Of a stretch of DNA of 54,230 nt, positions 16,516 through 25,394 are shown piece by piece. Origin of the DNA: a virus; IMG/VR virus record IMGVR_UViG_3300032223_000334, positions 1-54,230 of that record; one strand, 5' to 3'. The translations under genes and the position numbers were made by a program. The notes below the pieces were generated by a model. It ran no database searches, was not told the DNA's origin, and saw nothing but the letters and a program-made list of their open reading frames with translations. The stretch's first letter is position 1. Each line of letters begins with the position of its first letter.

Positions 16516-18537
16516 ATGCCACAATACCAAGGTGTATGGACGCTAGAAGCTCAGGCTCAGGCGCTGACCAATCAACAATGGGTAACTGACCCTAATTTCA
16601 AGAACACCACTCTGCTATTACAAGCAGACGGTACAGGCAGCGGCTCGCAGAATCAGACCTTCTTAGATGGCAGCACCAATAACTTTTTCATCACAAGAAA
16701 CGGCAACACTACCCAAGGATCGTTCTCGCCGTTTAGTCAGGCTCCGGGGTATTGGGGGAATTACTTTGATGGAAGTAGCAGATTAACTATTGCCAATAAC
16801 ACCGCAATGGTTTTTGGTACTGGCGCATTTACTGTTGAATGTTGGTATTACTACACTACTTCTACTACCTCTGGAACTGCTTTTATAACAAAAGGGGTTG
16901 GTGGTGCTGATTGGCAATTTTATACAAGCGGTGCGAATAATTATTTAAGTTGGTCAAAAAGCGGAACAGTAATTAACTCATCAACAGTCCCAATTCCAAA
17001 TACTTGGAACCATTTAGTGTATGTGCGTGATGGCTCTAACAATAACGCCATATTTTTAAATGGCACAAGAATTTATAGCGGAACTGATACAACAAATTAT
17101 TCAGGCACAGGAAGTGTGTATTTAGCCTCTGATGGAACATCGTATTATTTTACTGGCTATCTATCAAACGCTCGTCTTGTAAAAGGCACTGCTATTTACA
17201 GCGCAACCGCAACAAGTTGTGTAGTTCCATCTACTCCGTTAACTGCGGTGTCTGGCACTGGATTACTTACTTGTCAAAGCAATTATTTTGTAGACAATAG
17301 TGGCAATAGTCTTACAGTAACAGTTGGTGCTGGAACCCCATCAGTCCAAGCCTTCGGCCCTTTTGCTCCTGCGCTGCAATGGACACCAGACGTAGTAGGC
17401 GGGTCTGGGTATTTTGATGGTACGGGGGATTATTTACTTCTTGCAAGCAATGCAAATTTAACTCCAGCAAGCAGCACGTACACATTTGAATGTTGGGTAT
17501 ATAGAACAGCATCTGGTGCAATGACTATATGGGATACCGCAGTTAATAGTGGTTTTTACATACATATTAACGGGTCTAACAAAGTTGTTTTGCGTTCGTA
17601 TAATACTGCAGACATTATTACTTCTTCTATAAATGCTCCTGTTAATGCTTGGTTCAGCATCATAGTTGCTAGAGGTGCTGCAAACTCCACTAAGATGTGG
17701 ATAAATGGTTCTTCCACTGATGGCGGCTCAGCTACAGATGCAACAACATATGTTGCTGCTTCAACGTATATTGGAATTTACGACAATATAACTATTGGTC
17801 TTACTGGTTATATTTCGGGTATGCGTTTTGTTAAAGGCTCTGATGTGTATGGTGTGTCAAACGCCACAATTTCTGTTCCTACAGCGCCTCCTACTGCAAT
17901 TACTAATACACAGCTACTCCTCAACTACACCAACGCTGGTATATACGACGGCAAGATGGGTAACGTATTAGAGACAGTAGGCAACGCACAGGTAAGCACA
18001 AGCCCTGTGAAGTACGGTAGTGGGAGTATGTACTTTAATGGTACGTCTGATAATTTAAAAGGCGTTACAGGAAATATAAATGCTTTTGGTACAGGCGATT
18101 TTACTGTTGAAATGTGGTTGTTTCCTACGGCTTTTGCTACAAACAAAACAATTTATTCTTGTAATACTTCAGGAGCAAGCGCAACTGGCTTCCATTTTGG
18201 AGCGAACGCATCTGGACAAATTTTTATTTATTCTAATGGTGGTTATGCAATTTCTTCATCTGCAACTTCAGGTGTTCTTACAATAAATACATGGAATCAT
18301 CTTGCTGTTGTTAGAACAGGATTGATTGTAAAAGTTTATGTAAACGGTATTGCCGCTACTTCTACTTGGACATTAACTACGCAAACATTTACAGACGGAG
18401 TTTTGTTAATTGCCATAGCCCCTTCTGGAAGTCCTGAATATTATTCAGGCTATATAGACGATCTACGCATCACCAAAGGTGTTGCACGTTACATAGCAAA
18501 CTTCACGCCTCCACAACAGGCACTGCCGAGACAATAA
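16516..18537 (+). CDS. LamG/concanavalin-like repeat protein (about 3 modules), probable receptor-binding fibre or spike component
   Basis: 673 aa. Reiterated signature FTVECW.Y....W.H.A.VR.G....Y.NG......GYIS..R..KG.A.Y, then ..P.TPLTA...T.LL.CQS..VDNS. The N- and C-terminal segments are paralogous to 18548..21937. Confidence 0.7.
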   Translation: MPQYQGVWTLEAQAQALTNQQWVTDPNFKNTTLLLQADGTGSGSQNQTFLDGSTNNFFITRNGNTTQGSFSPFSQAPGYWGNYFDGSSRLTIANNTAMVFGTGAFTVECWYYYTTSTTSGTAFITKGVGGADWQFYTSGANNYLSWSKSGTVINSSTVPIPNTWNHLVYVRDGSNNNAIFLNGTRIYSGTDTTNYSGTGSVYLASDGTSYYFTGYLSNARLVKGTAIYSATATSCVVPSTPLTAVSGTGLLTCQSNYFVDNSGNSLTVTVGAGTPSVQAFGPFAPALQWTPDVVGGSGYFDGTGDYLLLASNANLTPASSTYTFECWVYRTASGAMTIWDTAVNSGFYIHINGSNKVVLRSYNTADIITSSINAPVNAWFSIIVARGAANSTKMWINGSSTDGGSATDATTYVAASTYIGIYDNITIGLTGYISGMRFVKGSDVYGVSNATISVPTAPPTAITNTQLLLNYTNAGIYDGKMGNVLETVGNAQVSTSPVKYGSGSMYFNGTSDNLKGVTGNINAFGTGDFTVEMWLFPTAFATNKTIYSCNTSGASATGFHFGANASGQIFIYSNGGYAISSSATSGVLTINTWNHLAVVRTGLIVKVYVNGIAATSTWTLTTQTFTDGVLLIAIAPSGSPEYYSGYIDDLRITKGVARYIANFTPPQQALPRQ

Positions 18538-18547
18538 GGAGTAAAAC

Positions 18548-21500
18548 GTGTCAGACAAATTTCCCGGCAATTTTGTGACTACTGGTGCGCCAGCAGGGTT
18601 TTCTGTTGCGTTTGATGGGAGCACGGGTTATTTAACGGCGACTACAAGCACTGCGTTTTCACTTCCTGCTGATTTTACTGTCGAGGCTTGGGTATACCCG
18701 ACTGCCACAGGCACTACTAATGGCCCTATGATTATTGGGTCAACAACTACTAACGCATTAAAGTTTTTCCAAAACTCTAGCGCATATACCGTAGCAGTTG
18801 CTTTGTATGGTTCTAGTTCTTTTTTAAGCTCAACCAATGCAATGAATGCAAATGCTTGGAACCATGTTGCGGTAACACGATCTGGTTCCACTGTTACTTT
18901 ATGGGTTAATGGCGTTTCTTCTGGAACCGCTACACAAGCGGCAGCGTTTGCTTCAACACAAGTGTTAATAGGTGGTGGTCAAACTAGCGCGTATTTGTCT
19001 GGCTACATTTCAAATGCTCGTGTTGTTAAAGGTACAGCGGTTTATACGGCTGCATTTACTCCACCAACACAATTATTCCCTATAACAAATACAACATTAC
19101 TTACTTGCCAAAGCACGACTATTGTTGACAACAGCACTAGCGCACTCACTCTTACGGCAAGTGGTTCTGCTACCGTCAGCAATTTCACACCGTTTGCTGG
19201 ATACACAGGATTTAACCCTGCGCTTGGTGCTGCGGCTGGTGGTGTATGGACGTTAGATCAAGCTGAGTATTACCAAGCTAACCGTAAGTGGCCTATCTAC
19301 GACCCGTACTTCAATCAGACTACACTGATGCTGCATGGTAACGGTACTAACGGCGCACAGAACAATACGTTCTTAGATAGCTCAACGAACAACTTCACCA
19401 TCACCAGAAATGGCAATACGACTCAAGGTACATTCACGCCTTTCTCACAGACGGGGTGGAGTAATTATTTTGTAAACACAAGCTACCTTGGATTGCCTGT
19501 GGGAAGTTCAACTGTTGGTGCTAGTGACTTTAGCTTAGAAGCATGGATATACCCATTAGATAGAAGTAATGCGTATTACATTTTTGGTGGTCAATCAGAT
19601 AGAGCAACAACTTCTGGAAGTTCATATAACTTTAATATGCCATCTAGCACGGGTTATTTAAGTTGTGAGTTATATGTTGGCGGTAGTAATTATAATTTTG
19701 CTTCAACTACAGCCCCCGCATTAAATACTTGGAGTCATGTTGCTCTTGTGCGTACTGGTGGAACAGTTAGTTTGTTTATTAATGGAGTTATAGTTGCAAC
19801 AAATTCCACGTTAGGCACAAGCACAATTAATACGGGTTCTACAACGTACACGCCTGCAATAGGCGCTAATGGCTCTGCTTCTTCTACTACGTTTAGTGGG
19901 TATATATCAAACTTTAGATTGATTATTGGCTCTGGTGGCTATAACGCTACTCAAAACTTTACACCACCTACTTCGCCATTAACGGCTACAACAAACACTA
20001 GAATATTGTCATGCCAAAGCAATAGATTTGTAGACAACAGCGCGACTAATAACACGCTAACCCCTGCAAACTCACCATCCGTCCAAGCCTTCTCCCCGTT
20101 CGTCCCTGCATACATCACGCCGACGACGTATAGCAATTGGTTTAACGGAAGCACGGGATATTTATATGTTTTGAACAATACGGCTATTACCCTTAGCGGT
20201 GATTTCACTATTGAGTTTTGGGTTAATTTAAATAGCGTTAGCGCATCACAACCTTTTACTTCATATGGAACGACAGGCTCTGCTTCAAACTTGTTATTCC
20301 TATTTAACAACTCTGTTGGTTTGCGTTGGTATTACTCAGGTGGAACGGTAGATATAAACCAAGGAAGCACATCTGGTTGGAGTGCTAATACGTGGTATCA
20401 CGTTGCTGCTGTTCGCAGTGGGACAACAATCACTTTATACAGAAATGGTGTTTCCCTTGCATCTGGAACTTCAAGCCAGACATATCAAACTGCAAGTCAA
20501 ATTAATATTGGCGGCAGCCCCGGTGACTCTGTTTATTTAAATGGATGCATTAGCAACTACAGGGTTCTTAAAGGCACGGCTCTTTATACGTCGGCGTTTA
20601 CACCGCCTACTGCGCCATTAACAGCAATCACAAACACTAGTCTGTTGATTTGCCAGAGCAGCACGATTGTTGATAACAGCGGAAATGCATTTACTGTAAC
20701 AGTATCAGGTACAGTCTATCCAGTAACATCCCCTACCCCATTCCCAGCAGTGGTAGATCAAACTACATTAAACACTGCCTACAGCACATCATTGATAGGT
20801 GGTAGTGCGTATTTTGATGGTAATGGGGATAATTTAACTGCGCCACAAGGTGCAGCTTTCCAATTTTCCGGTGACTTCACTATTGAATGTTGGGTTTACG
20901 CAAACAATAGTACGGGTGGAGCAAGCTACGATGGCGTTTTTGATACACGTTCTGGAAACGTAGTAAGTAGTAATTCTGCTGGTGTAAATTACACCCCGAG
21001 TGGATATTTAAATATGTATGTTGGTGGAGCTAATACTGCATCATCTACGTTACTTGGCGCAAAACAATGGGTGCATGTGGCTTTAGTAAGAAGTGGTTCA
21101 GCAGTCACTATGTACCAAAATGGTGTTTCTGTAGCTACAGCAACTACTAGCACAAATTTATCTGATGGTTATTTTACTGTTGGTGGATTTGTTTCTTCTG
21201 GTTATTGGAATGGTTATATATCTAATGTTCGTGTAGTTAAAGGAACTGCTGTTTATACAAAAGCTTTTGCTCCACCATTAGTACCATTAACAGCAATTAG
21301 CAATACTCAGTTACTTCTGTCTACCACCAACGCTGGCATCTACGACAACACGGCTAATAACGCATTAGAGACTGTTGGTTCAGCTCAGATTAGTACTGCA
21401 CAGAGTAAGTTTGGCGGTAGTTCTATGTATATGCCTGCAACAAATGGCAATTACTTTAACGGGAAAACTAATCCAATAAACCTTTTTTTTGGAACAGGTA

Positions 21501-21937
21501 ACTTCACTATTGAGTGTTGGGTGTATCCGACCGCATTTACAAATTCGGCAGCAGGAATTTTGGGTGTAGGTACTTCGGGTGGATATATTGATTACGTTTT
21601 GGAAGTAGGTACTTCAGGGGCTGTATCATATATTGACGCTAATGCCTCGCGTTTTACGTCGTCATCTAACTTGTCTACAAACACATGGACTCATGTTTGT
21701 TTGGCTAGAACTAGCTCTGCTGTTACGCTTTACTTTAATGGTGTAAGTGTTGGCACAGTTAGTACAATTAGTAATATATCTGGCACATCCACTTCCAGTT
21801 TGTATGTAGGTACTGGCCCTCAAGTTCCCGGAAGCCGTCAGTTTATTGGCTACATCGACGACCTCCGTATCACTAAAGGCGTAGCACGTTACACCACAAA
21901 CTTCACACCACCAACATCACAACTACAGGATCAATGA
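18548..21937 (+). CDS. Giant LamG/concanavalin-like repeat protein (about 6 modules), probable receptor-binding fibre or spike component
   Basis: 1129 aa, GTG start after AAGGAG. FT[VI]E[AC/F]W[VI]Y occurs 6 times (5 times followed by GYISN.R and once by GYIDDLR). The C-terminus YIDDLRITKGVARYTTNFTPP is almost identical to the end of the 673-aa paralog. Confidence 0.7.
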   Translation: MSDKFPGNFVTTGAPAGFSVAFDGSTGYLTATTSTAFSLPADFTVEAWVYPTATGTTNGPMIIGSTTTNALKFFQNSSAYTVAVALYGSSSFLSSTNAMNANAWNHVAVTRSGSTVTLWVNGVSSGTATQAAAFASTQVLIGGGQTSAYLSGYISNARVVKGTAVYTAAFTPPTQLFPITNTTLLTCQSTTIVDNSTSALTLTASGSATVSNFTPFAGYTGFNPALGAAAGGVWTLDQAEYYQANRKWPIYDPYFNQTTLMLHGNGTNGAQNNTFLDSSTNNFTITRNGNTTQGTFTPFSQTGWSNYFVNTSYLGLPVGSSTVGASDFSLEAWIYPLDRSNAYYIFGGQSDRATTSGSSYNFNMPSSTGYLSCELYVGGSNYNFASTTAPALNTWSHVALVRTGGTVSLFINGVIVATNSTLGTSTINTGSTTYTPAIGANGSASSTTFSGYISNFRLIIGSGGYNATQNFTPPTSPLTATTNTRILSCQSNRFVDNSATNNTLTPANSPSVQAFSPFVPAYITPTTYSNWFNGSTGYLYVLNNTAITLSGDFTIEFWVNLNSVSASQPFTSYGTTGSASNLLFLFNNSVGLRWYYSGGTVDINQGSTSGWSANTWYHVAAVRSGTTITLYRNGVSLASGTSSQTYQTASQINIGGSPGDSVYLNGCISNYRVLKGTALYTSAFTPPTAPLTAITNTSLLICQSSTIVDNSGNAFTVTVSGTVYPVTSPTPFPAVVDQTTLNTAYSTSLIGGSAYFDGNGDNLTAPQGAAFQFSGDFTIECWVYANNSTGGASYDGVFDTRSGNVVSSNSAGVNYTPSGYLNMYVGGANTASSTLLGAKQWVHVALVRSGSAVTMYQNGVSVATATTSTNLSDGYFTVGGFVSSGYWNGYISNVRVVKGTAVYTKAFAPPLVPLTAISNTQLLLSTTNAGIYDNTANNALETVGSAQISTAQSKFGGSSMYMPATNGNYFNGKTNPINLFFGTGNFTIECWVYPTAFTNSAAGILGVGTSGGYIDYVLEVGTSGAVSYIDANASRFTSSSNLSTNTWTHVCLARTSSAVTLYFNGVSVGTVSTISNISGTSTSSLYVGTGPQVPGSRQFIGYIDDLRITKGVARYTTNFTPPTSQLQDQ

Positions 21938-22104
21938 TGAATATAATTTTAAACTTCACTATTGATGAAGTAAACGCTTTGTTAACGGCTTTAGGACAGC
22001 TTCCTTACGTTCAAGCTGCACCTTTGATTCAGGCTATTCATAATCAAGCTATACCACAGGTGCCTGCCGCTAACACTGAAGAACCAGAGGTCGTAAATGG
22101 CTGA
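21934..22104 (+). CDS. Small hypothetical protein (56 aa, below the ORF-track cutoff)
   Basis: ATG overlaps the upstream TGA (ATGATG). Translation MMNIILNFTIDEVNALLTALGQLPYVQAAPLIQAIHNQ... Its end overlaps the next start. Confidence 0.45.
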   Translation: MMNIILNFTIDEVNALLTALGQLPYVQAAPLIQAIHNQAIPQVPAANTEEPEVVNG

Positions 22105-22294
22105 CGATACAGATACACGCTTGGCAGTCCATGAGGCTGTTTGTGCTGAGCGATATGAAAGCATTCAACGTAGATTCGATGAAGGCTCTAAGCGTATGCA
22201 GAAGATTGAGTATCTTTTGTATGGCGTAATAATTCTTGTTTTGCTAGGCCCCGGCGTAGCCGCTGAGTTTTTTAAAAAACTTATAGGATTATAA
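22097..22294 (+). CDS. Small membrane protein (one C-terminal TM); holin or antiholin candidate
   Basis: 65 aa with hydrophobic LLYGVIILVLLGPGVAAEFF, at the head of the lysis cassette. Confidence 0.5.
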   Translation: MADDTDTRLAVHEAVCAERYESIQRRFDEGSKRMQKIEYLLYGVIILVLLGPGVAAEFFKKLIGL

Positions 22295-22388
22295 AATTGA
22301 TCCCCTCACTATTCTTGCGGCTGCAAAAACTGCTGCAGCAGCTATACGAAAAGGCTGTGAGCTTTATCAAGAGTATAAAGCTCAAGGC

Positions 22389-22907
22389 ATGGAACTGGTG
22401 GACGCTTACGGTCAAGCCAAGGACGTCGTTGCTGACATTAGCGGTCATTTGGGGCACTTTTTTAAAGCGCATGAGCAGCTTGAAAAGCATGTTCACGAAG
22501 AAGAGTTAAAGACCAAGAAAGCGCGTGATCCTGAACTGTCTGTAAACCAAGAAGCATTTAACAGGGTCATGGCTGTTAAAGAGATGCAGAGGCTGGAAAC
22601 CGAGTTACGCGAAACCCTCGTGTACTCGGCACCCCCGCAGCTCGGTGCAATTTGGTCTGAATTTGAGGCAATGCGCGATAGGGTAAAAGCAGAACGGGCA
22701 GAAGTACAACGTCAAGAACTACATAAGCAACAGGTGGCTCAATGGCGACGGGCAAGTATAAAAAGAAAAATCGCGGAGCAGATGACGTCAATACTCGCGG
22801 TCGCGTTCATAATATTGTGGTTCCTATGGGTGATGATTCTAATAAGGACGAGCCAAACATTCCGTGGAGCTTACTCATTACCGTACTGGTACTGTGTATT
22901 GTGTTAG
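22389..22907 (+). CDS. Coiled-coil protein with C-terminal TM segment (lysis-region protein). The true start is uncertain because the frame is open from 22287.
   Basis: 172 aa from the first ATG. The same frame reads as plausible protein (DPLTILAAAKTAAAAIRKGCELYQEYKAQG) for about 100 nt upstream with no ATG, GTG or TTG. TM segment: ILAVAFIILWFLWVMILI. Confidence 0.5.
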   Translation: MELVDAYGQAKDVVADISGHLGHFFKAHEQLEKHVHEEELKTKKARDPELSVNQEAFNRVMAVKEMQRLETELRETLVYSAPPQLGAIWSEFEAMRDRVKAERAEVQRQELHKQQVAQWRRASIKRKIAEQMTSILAVAFIILWFLWVMILIRTSQTFRGAYSLPYWYCVLC

Positions 22908-23038
22908 TCCTAGTTTTGCCGGTGATGGGGATTGCTTACATGGACATGAACAACGCTACTGTTAGAGCAATGGAAGAGACGAGAAAGATGCGTGAATTAC
23001 GTGCAAAGATAATGTTAGAGATTCAGGGTGAGCAATGA
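22742..23038 (+). CDS. Small membrane protein (one TM); holin-class candidate. Its 5' part overlaps the previous ORF.
   Basis: 98 aa. TM segment WSLLITVLVLCIVLVLVLPVMGIAY followed by a charged C-terminal helix. An alternative start is ATG 22823. Confidence 0.45.
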   Translation: MATGKYKKKNRGADDVNTRGRVHNIVVPMGDDSNKDEPNIPWSLLITVLVLCIVLVLVLPVMGIAYMDMNNATVRAMEETRKMRELRAKIMLEIQGEQ

Positions 23039-23205
23039 GGTGGTTTGTCTTATTTTTGTTGATTACAGGATGCGAGGAACGTATTCGGTATTACTGCCAA
23101 GACCCTAAGCATTGGGAAGAGCAACGGTGTAAGAAGCCTGATTGTGAAGTCAAAGAAGACTGTCCTGACATGTTAATTAAGCCTAGAGATGAAAGAAATC
23201 ATTAA
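23035..23205 (+). CDS. Small Cys-rich lipoprotein (56 aa, below the ORF-track cutoff)
   Basis: ATGA overlap with the upstream stop. MRWFVLFLLITGC forms a signal peptide plus lipobox (L-I-T-G-C). The mature part has 5 further Cys. Confidence 0.55.
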   Translation: MRWFVLFLLITGCEERIRYYCQDPKHWEEQRCKKPDCEVKEDCPDMLIKPRDERNH

Positions 23206-23653
23206 AGAATTGTTGTTGCGAAAGAAAGAAAAACTGACAGTCGAAGAATACGATGTCAGGTTGAGATTCTTTGCTGGCAAGATGCTTGTATTGGTTTTCT
23301 CTTCAGCTATGGCAGTAATTCTGTACAACTTAGTGTTTGTTGAGCAGCCGATGTCTGGGATGGCTCCAGCGGATAAGGCGTTCTTTGAGATTTTAAAGAT
23401 GATGGTGGCGTTCTTGTCTGGCGTTATTACTACGCTAGTGGCAAAGACCCCTTCATTTAGCCCTCAGCAGCCTCTAGGATGCCCTCCAACGATGCGTCAA
23501 GGGCTTGGTGCTACTACACCATTCCAAACTCCTTTTCAGGCTCCTACAGCCCCTTGGCAGCCTTCTAATATAGTACCTGCAGCACCTCATTTAGATGACG
23601 ATGACGAACGCGCTAGGCATGCTGAAGCTAGGCATTTACATAAGGATTGGTAA
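23189..23653 (+). CDS. Membrane protein (2 predicted TM) with Pro/Gln-rich tail; holin candidate
   Basis: 154 aa. TM segments MLVLVFSSAMAVILYNLVFV and MMVAFLSGVITTLVA. It lies immediately upstream of the spanins. Confidence 0.5.
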   Translation: MKEIIKELLLRKKEKLTVEEYDVRLRFFAGKMLVLVFSSAMAVILYNLVFVEQPMSGMAPADKAFFEILKMMVAFLSGVITTLVAKTPSFSPQQPLGCPPTMRQGLGATTPFQTPFQAPTAPWQPSNIVPAAPHLDDDDERARHAEARHLHKDW

Positions 23654-24135
23654 TGTTTAATCCATGGGTAATTATTGGTCTTATCACTTCACTAATAGGA
23701 GTCTATTTCTATGGACATCATGAAGGCTATCAAGAGTGTGCTACAGAAAATGCTATCCAAGTTGCAAAACTTAACGAAGAAGCAAGAAGAAAAGAAGTAG
23801 AGTTAACTGAGCAGGTTAATGCTACGTCTGCTAATTTAGTGAAGGCGAACAACGATGCTAAACGGAAAATTGATAAGCTCAATTCTGATCTTGCTACTGG
23901 TTCTGTCAGGTTGTCAGTTCCTGTCAAAACCCACTGTCCCGTATCAGCCCCCAGCGATACCAGCGTTGCCAGCGGAGATAGCGTTCAAGAGAGAGCCGAA
24001 CTTGACGGAACGGTTGCTCAATCTCTTGTCGCCATCACAAACGACGGTGACGCAGGGATCAGGCAACTCAACGCCTGCATCGATGCCTACAACCAAGTCA
24101 GAGACAAGTACAACCAAGCAGTAGGTGTTAAATGA
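23653..24135 (+). CDS. Rz: i-spanin (Rz-like)
   Basis: N-terminal TM segment NPWVIIGLITSLIGVYFYG, a coiled-coil periplasmic domain, GSVRLSV and C-terminal DGDAGIRQLNACIDAY as in Rz family proteins. TAATG coupling at 23653 (the track start, TTG 23647, is less likely). Confidence 0.8.
   Translation: MFNPWVIIGLITSLIGVYFYGHHEGYQECATENAIQVAKLNEEARRKEVELTEQVNATSANLVKANNDAKRKIDKLNSDLATGSVRLSVPVKTHCPVSAPSDTSVASGDSVQERAELDGTVAQSLVAITNDGDAGIRQLNACIDAYNQVRDKYNQAVGVK
23855..24124 (+). CDS. Rz1: o-spanin (Rz1-like), fully embedded in the +1 frame of Rz
   Basis: The signal peptide plus lipobox LLLVLSGC is followed by a Pro-rich mature peptide (PTVPYQPPAIPALPAE). This is the classic embedded Rz/Rz1 architecture. 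Confidence 0.75.
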   Translation: MLNGKLISSILILLLVLSGCQFLSKPTVPYQPPAIPALPAEIAFKREPNLTERLLNLLSPSQTTVTQGSGNSTPASMPTTKSETSTTKQ

Positions 24136-24728
24136 CGGCAGATCAGTTACAAGCGATGGGGATAGGTCAAGAGTGGTTACAGCCACTTGAGAATACTTTC
24201 CAAATGTTTAACATTATTCATCCTCATCAGCAAGCATCATTTATAGGGCAATGTGCTCACGAATGTAATAACTTTAGAACCCTTCAAGAGAATTTAAATT
24301 ACAAGGCAGAAACTCTTGTCAAACTTTGGCCAAAACGATTTCCTTCTTTGTCCGTTGCTCAATCATATGCTCATCAGCCCGAGAAGATTGCCAACAAGAT
24401 TTACTCAGACAGGGGTGGCAATCGGGGAGAAGCCAGCGGTGATGGGTTTCGTTTCCGTGGTCGAGGATGCATTCAGCTTACCTTCCATGACAACTACTGG
24501 CACTGTGGACAAGCTATCGGAGAAGACTTAGTATCTAATCCTGACATTGTGGCAACACCTCAGTACGCAGCCTTGTCTGCAGGGTGGTTCTGGGCTACTC
24601 ATGGACTCAACAATCTTGCGGATAGGCAAGATGATGAGAAGATTACTAAATTAATAAATGGTGGTTTATTTGGACTAAATGAGCGAGTCGCATTGACTCA
24701 GCATGCATATAGTGTATTAACGGCTTAA
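24132..24728 (+). CDS. Endolysin, glycoside hydrolase family 19 (chitinase-like)
   Basis: SFIGQCAHECNNFRTLQE (catalytic Glu region), FRGRGCIQLTFHDNY and WFW...NGG are hallmark GH19 lysozyme-like motifs. ATGA-coupled to Rz. Confidence 0.85.
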   Translation: MTADQLQAMGIGQEWLQPLENTFQMFNIIHPHQQASFIGQCAHECNNFRTLQENLNYKAETLVKLWPKRFPSLSVAQSYAHQPEKIANKIYSDRGGNRGEASGDGFRFRGRGCIQLTFHDNYWHCGQAIGEDLVSNPDIVATPQYAALSAGWFWATHGLNNLADRQDDEKITKLINGGLFGLNERVALTQHAYSVLTA

Positions 24729-24762
24729 AAGTTTTATAATTGCTATGTGTTGAGGGAATGAG

Positions 24763-25392
24763 ATGACAGCATCGTTTGTTCTTACTTATGACAATCTAAT
24801 CACTACTGTCGAGCAATATCTCGAACGTAATGATGCGGCTGTCGTCAATCAAATCCCTACGTTCATCACTCTTTGTGAATTTGAAATAGCTCAGCAGATT
24901 AAGACTCTAGGGCAACAGCAGGTTGTTGAGAGTGTAATGACTGCTGGGAATCCTGTTATCCCTAAACCTGCACGTTGGCGTAAGACAGTATCGATGAACG
25001 TGACTAGTAATGGTACGCCTTCTCCTGTTTTACTGCGCAAGTACGAGTATTTACTAAATTACAATAGTGGTGGTACTTCTGGTTTGCCTTTGTACTATGC
25101 AGACTATGATTACGGCCATTGGTTAGTTTCCCCTACACCCAACCAGTCTTATGCGTTTGAGGTTCTCTATTACGAGCGGATTAACCCTTTATCGTCAACA
25201 AATCAGACGAATTGGCTAACCCAGAATGCCCCAAATGCCATGGTTTTTGGCACATTACTGCAAGCTATGCCGTTCTTAAAGAACGATCAGCGGCAGATAT
25301 TCCAGCAGAAATACAGCGAAGCCATTGAATTATTGTCTATAGAAGACAAACTTCGTATTGCTGATCGTCAATCTATTGCTCAGGATTCGTAA
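24763..25392 (+). CDS. Virion-associated protein (possible head-tail joining component)
   Basis: 209 aa, first gene of the second structural block. Assignment is by position only. Confidence 0.45.
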   Translation: MTASFVLTYDNLITTVEQYLERNDAAVVNQIPTFITLCEFEIAQQIKTLGQQQVVESVMTAGNPVIPKPARWRKTVSMNVTSNGTPSPVLLRKYEYLLNYNSGGTSGLPLYYADYDYGHWLVSPTPNQSYAFEVLYYERINPLSSTNQTNWLTQNAPNAMVFGTLLQAMPFLKNDQRQIFQQKYSEAIELLSIEDKLRIADRQSIAQDS

Positions 25393-25394
25393 TC

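Noticed and set aside
16516-21937. Diversity-generating retroelement targeting the LamG repeat proteins; alternatively a CRISPR-like periodic repeat
   Set aside because: I recognised no reverse transcriptase ORF anywhere in the 54 kb, and I noticed no near-identical template/variable repeat pair. The periodicity is at the protein-domain scale (about 500 nt) with divergent sequence, not short direct repeats with spacers.
22297-22509. TTG-initiated 70-aa ORF (MIPSLFLRLQKLLQQ...)
   Set aside because: It overlaps a longer frame that reads as more plausible protein and continues for 172+ aa. It is retained only as an alternative in the start-codon finding.
23035-23205. The small Cys-rich lipoprotein as the o-spanin
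   Set aside because: A canonical Rz1 (lipobox plus Pro-rich peptide) is embedded in the Rz gene 650 nt downstream. This lipoprotein is therefore an additional gene of unknown role.
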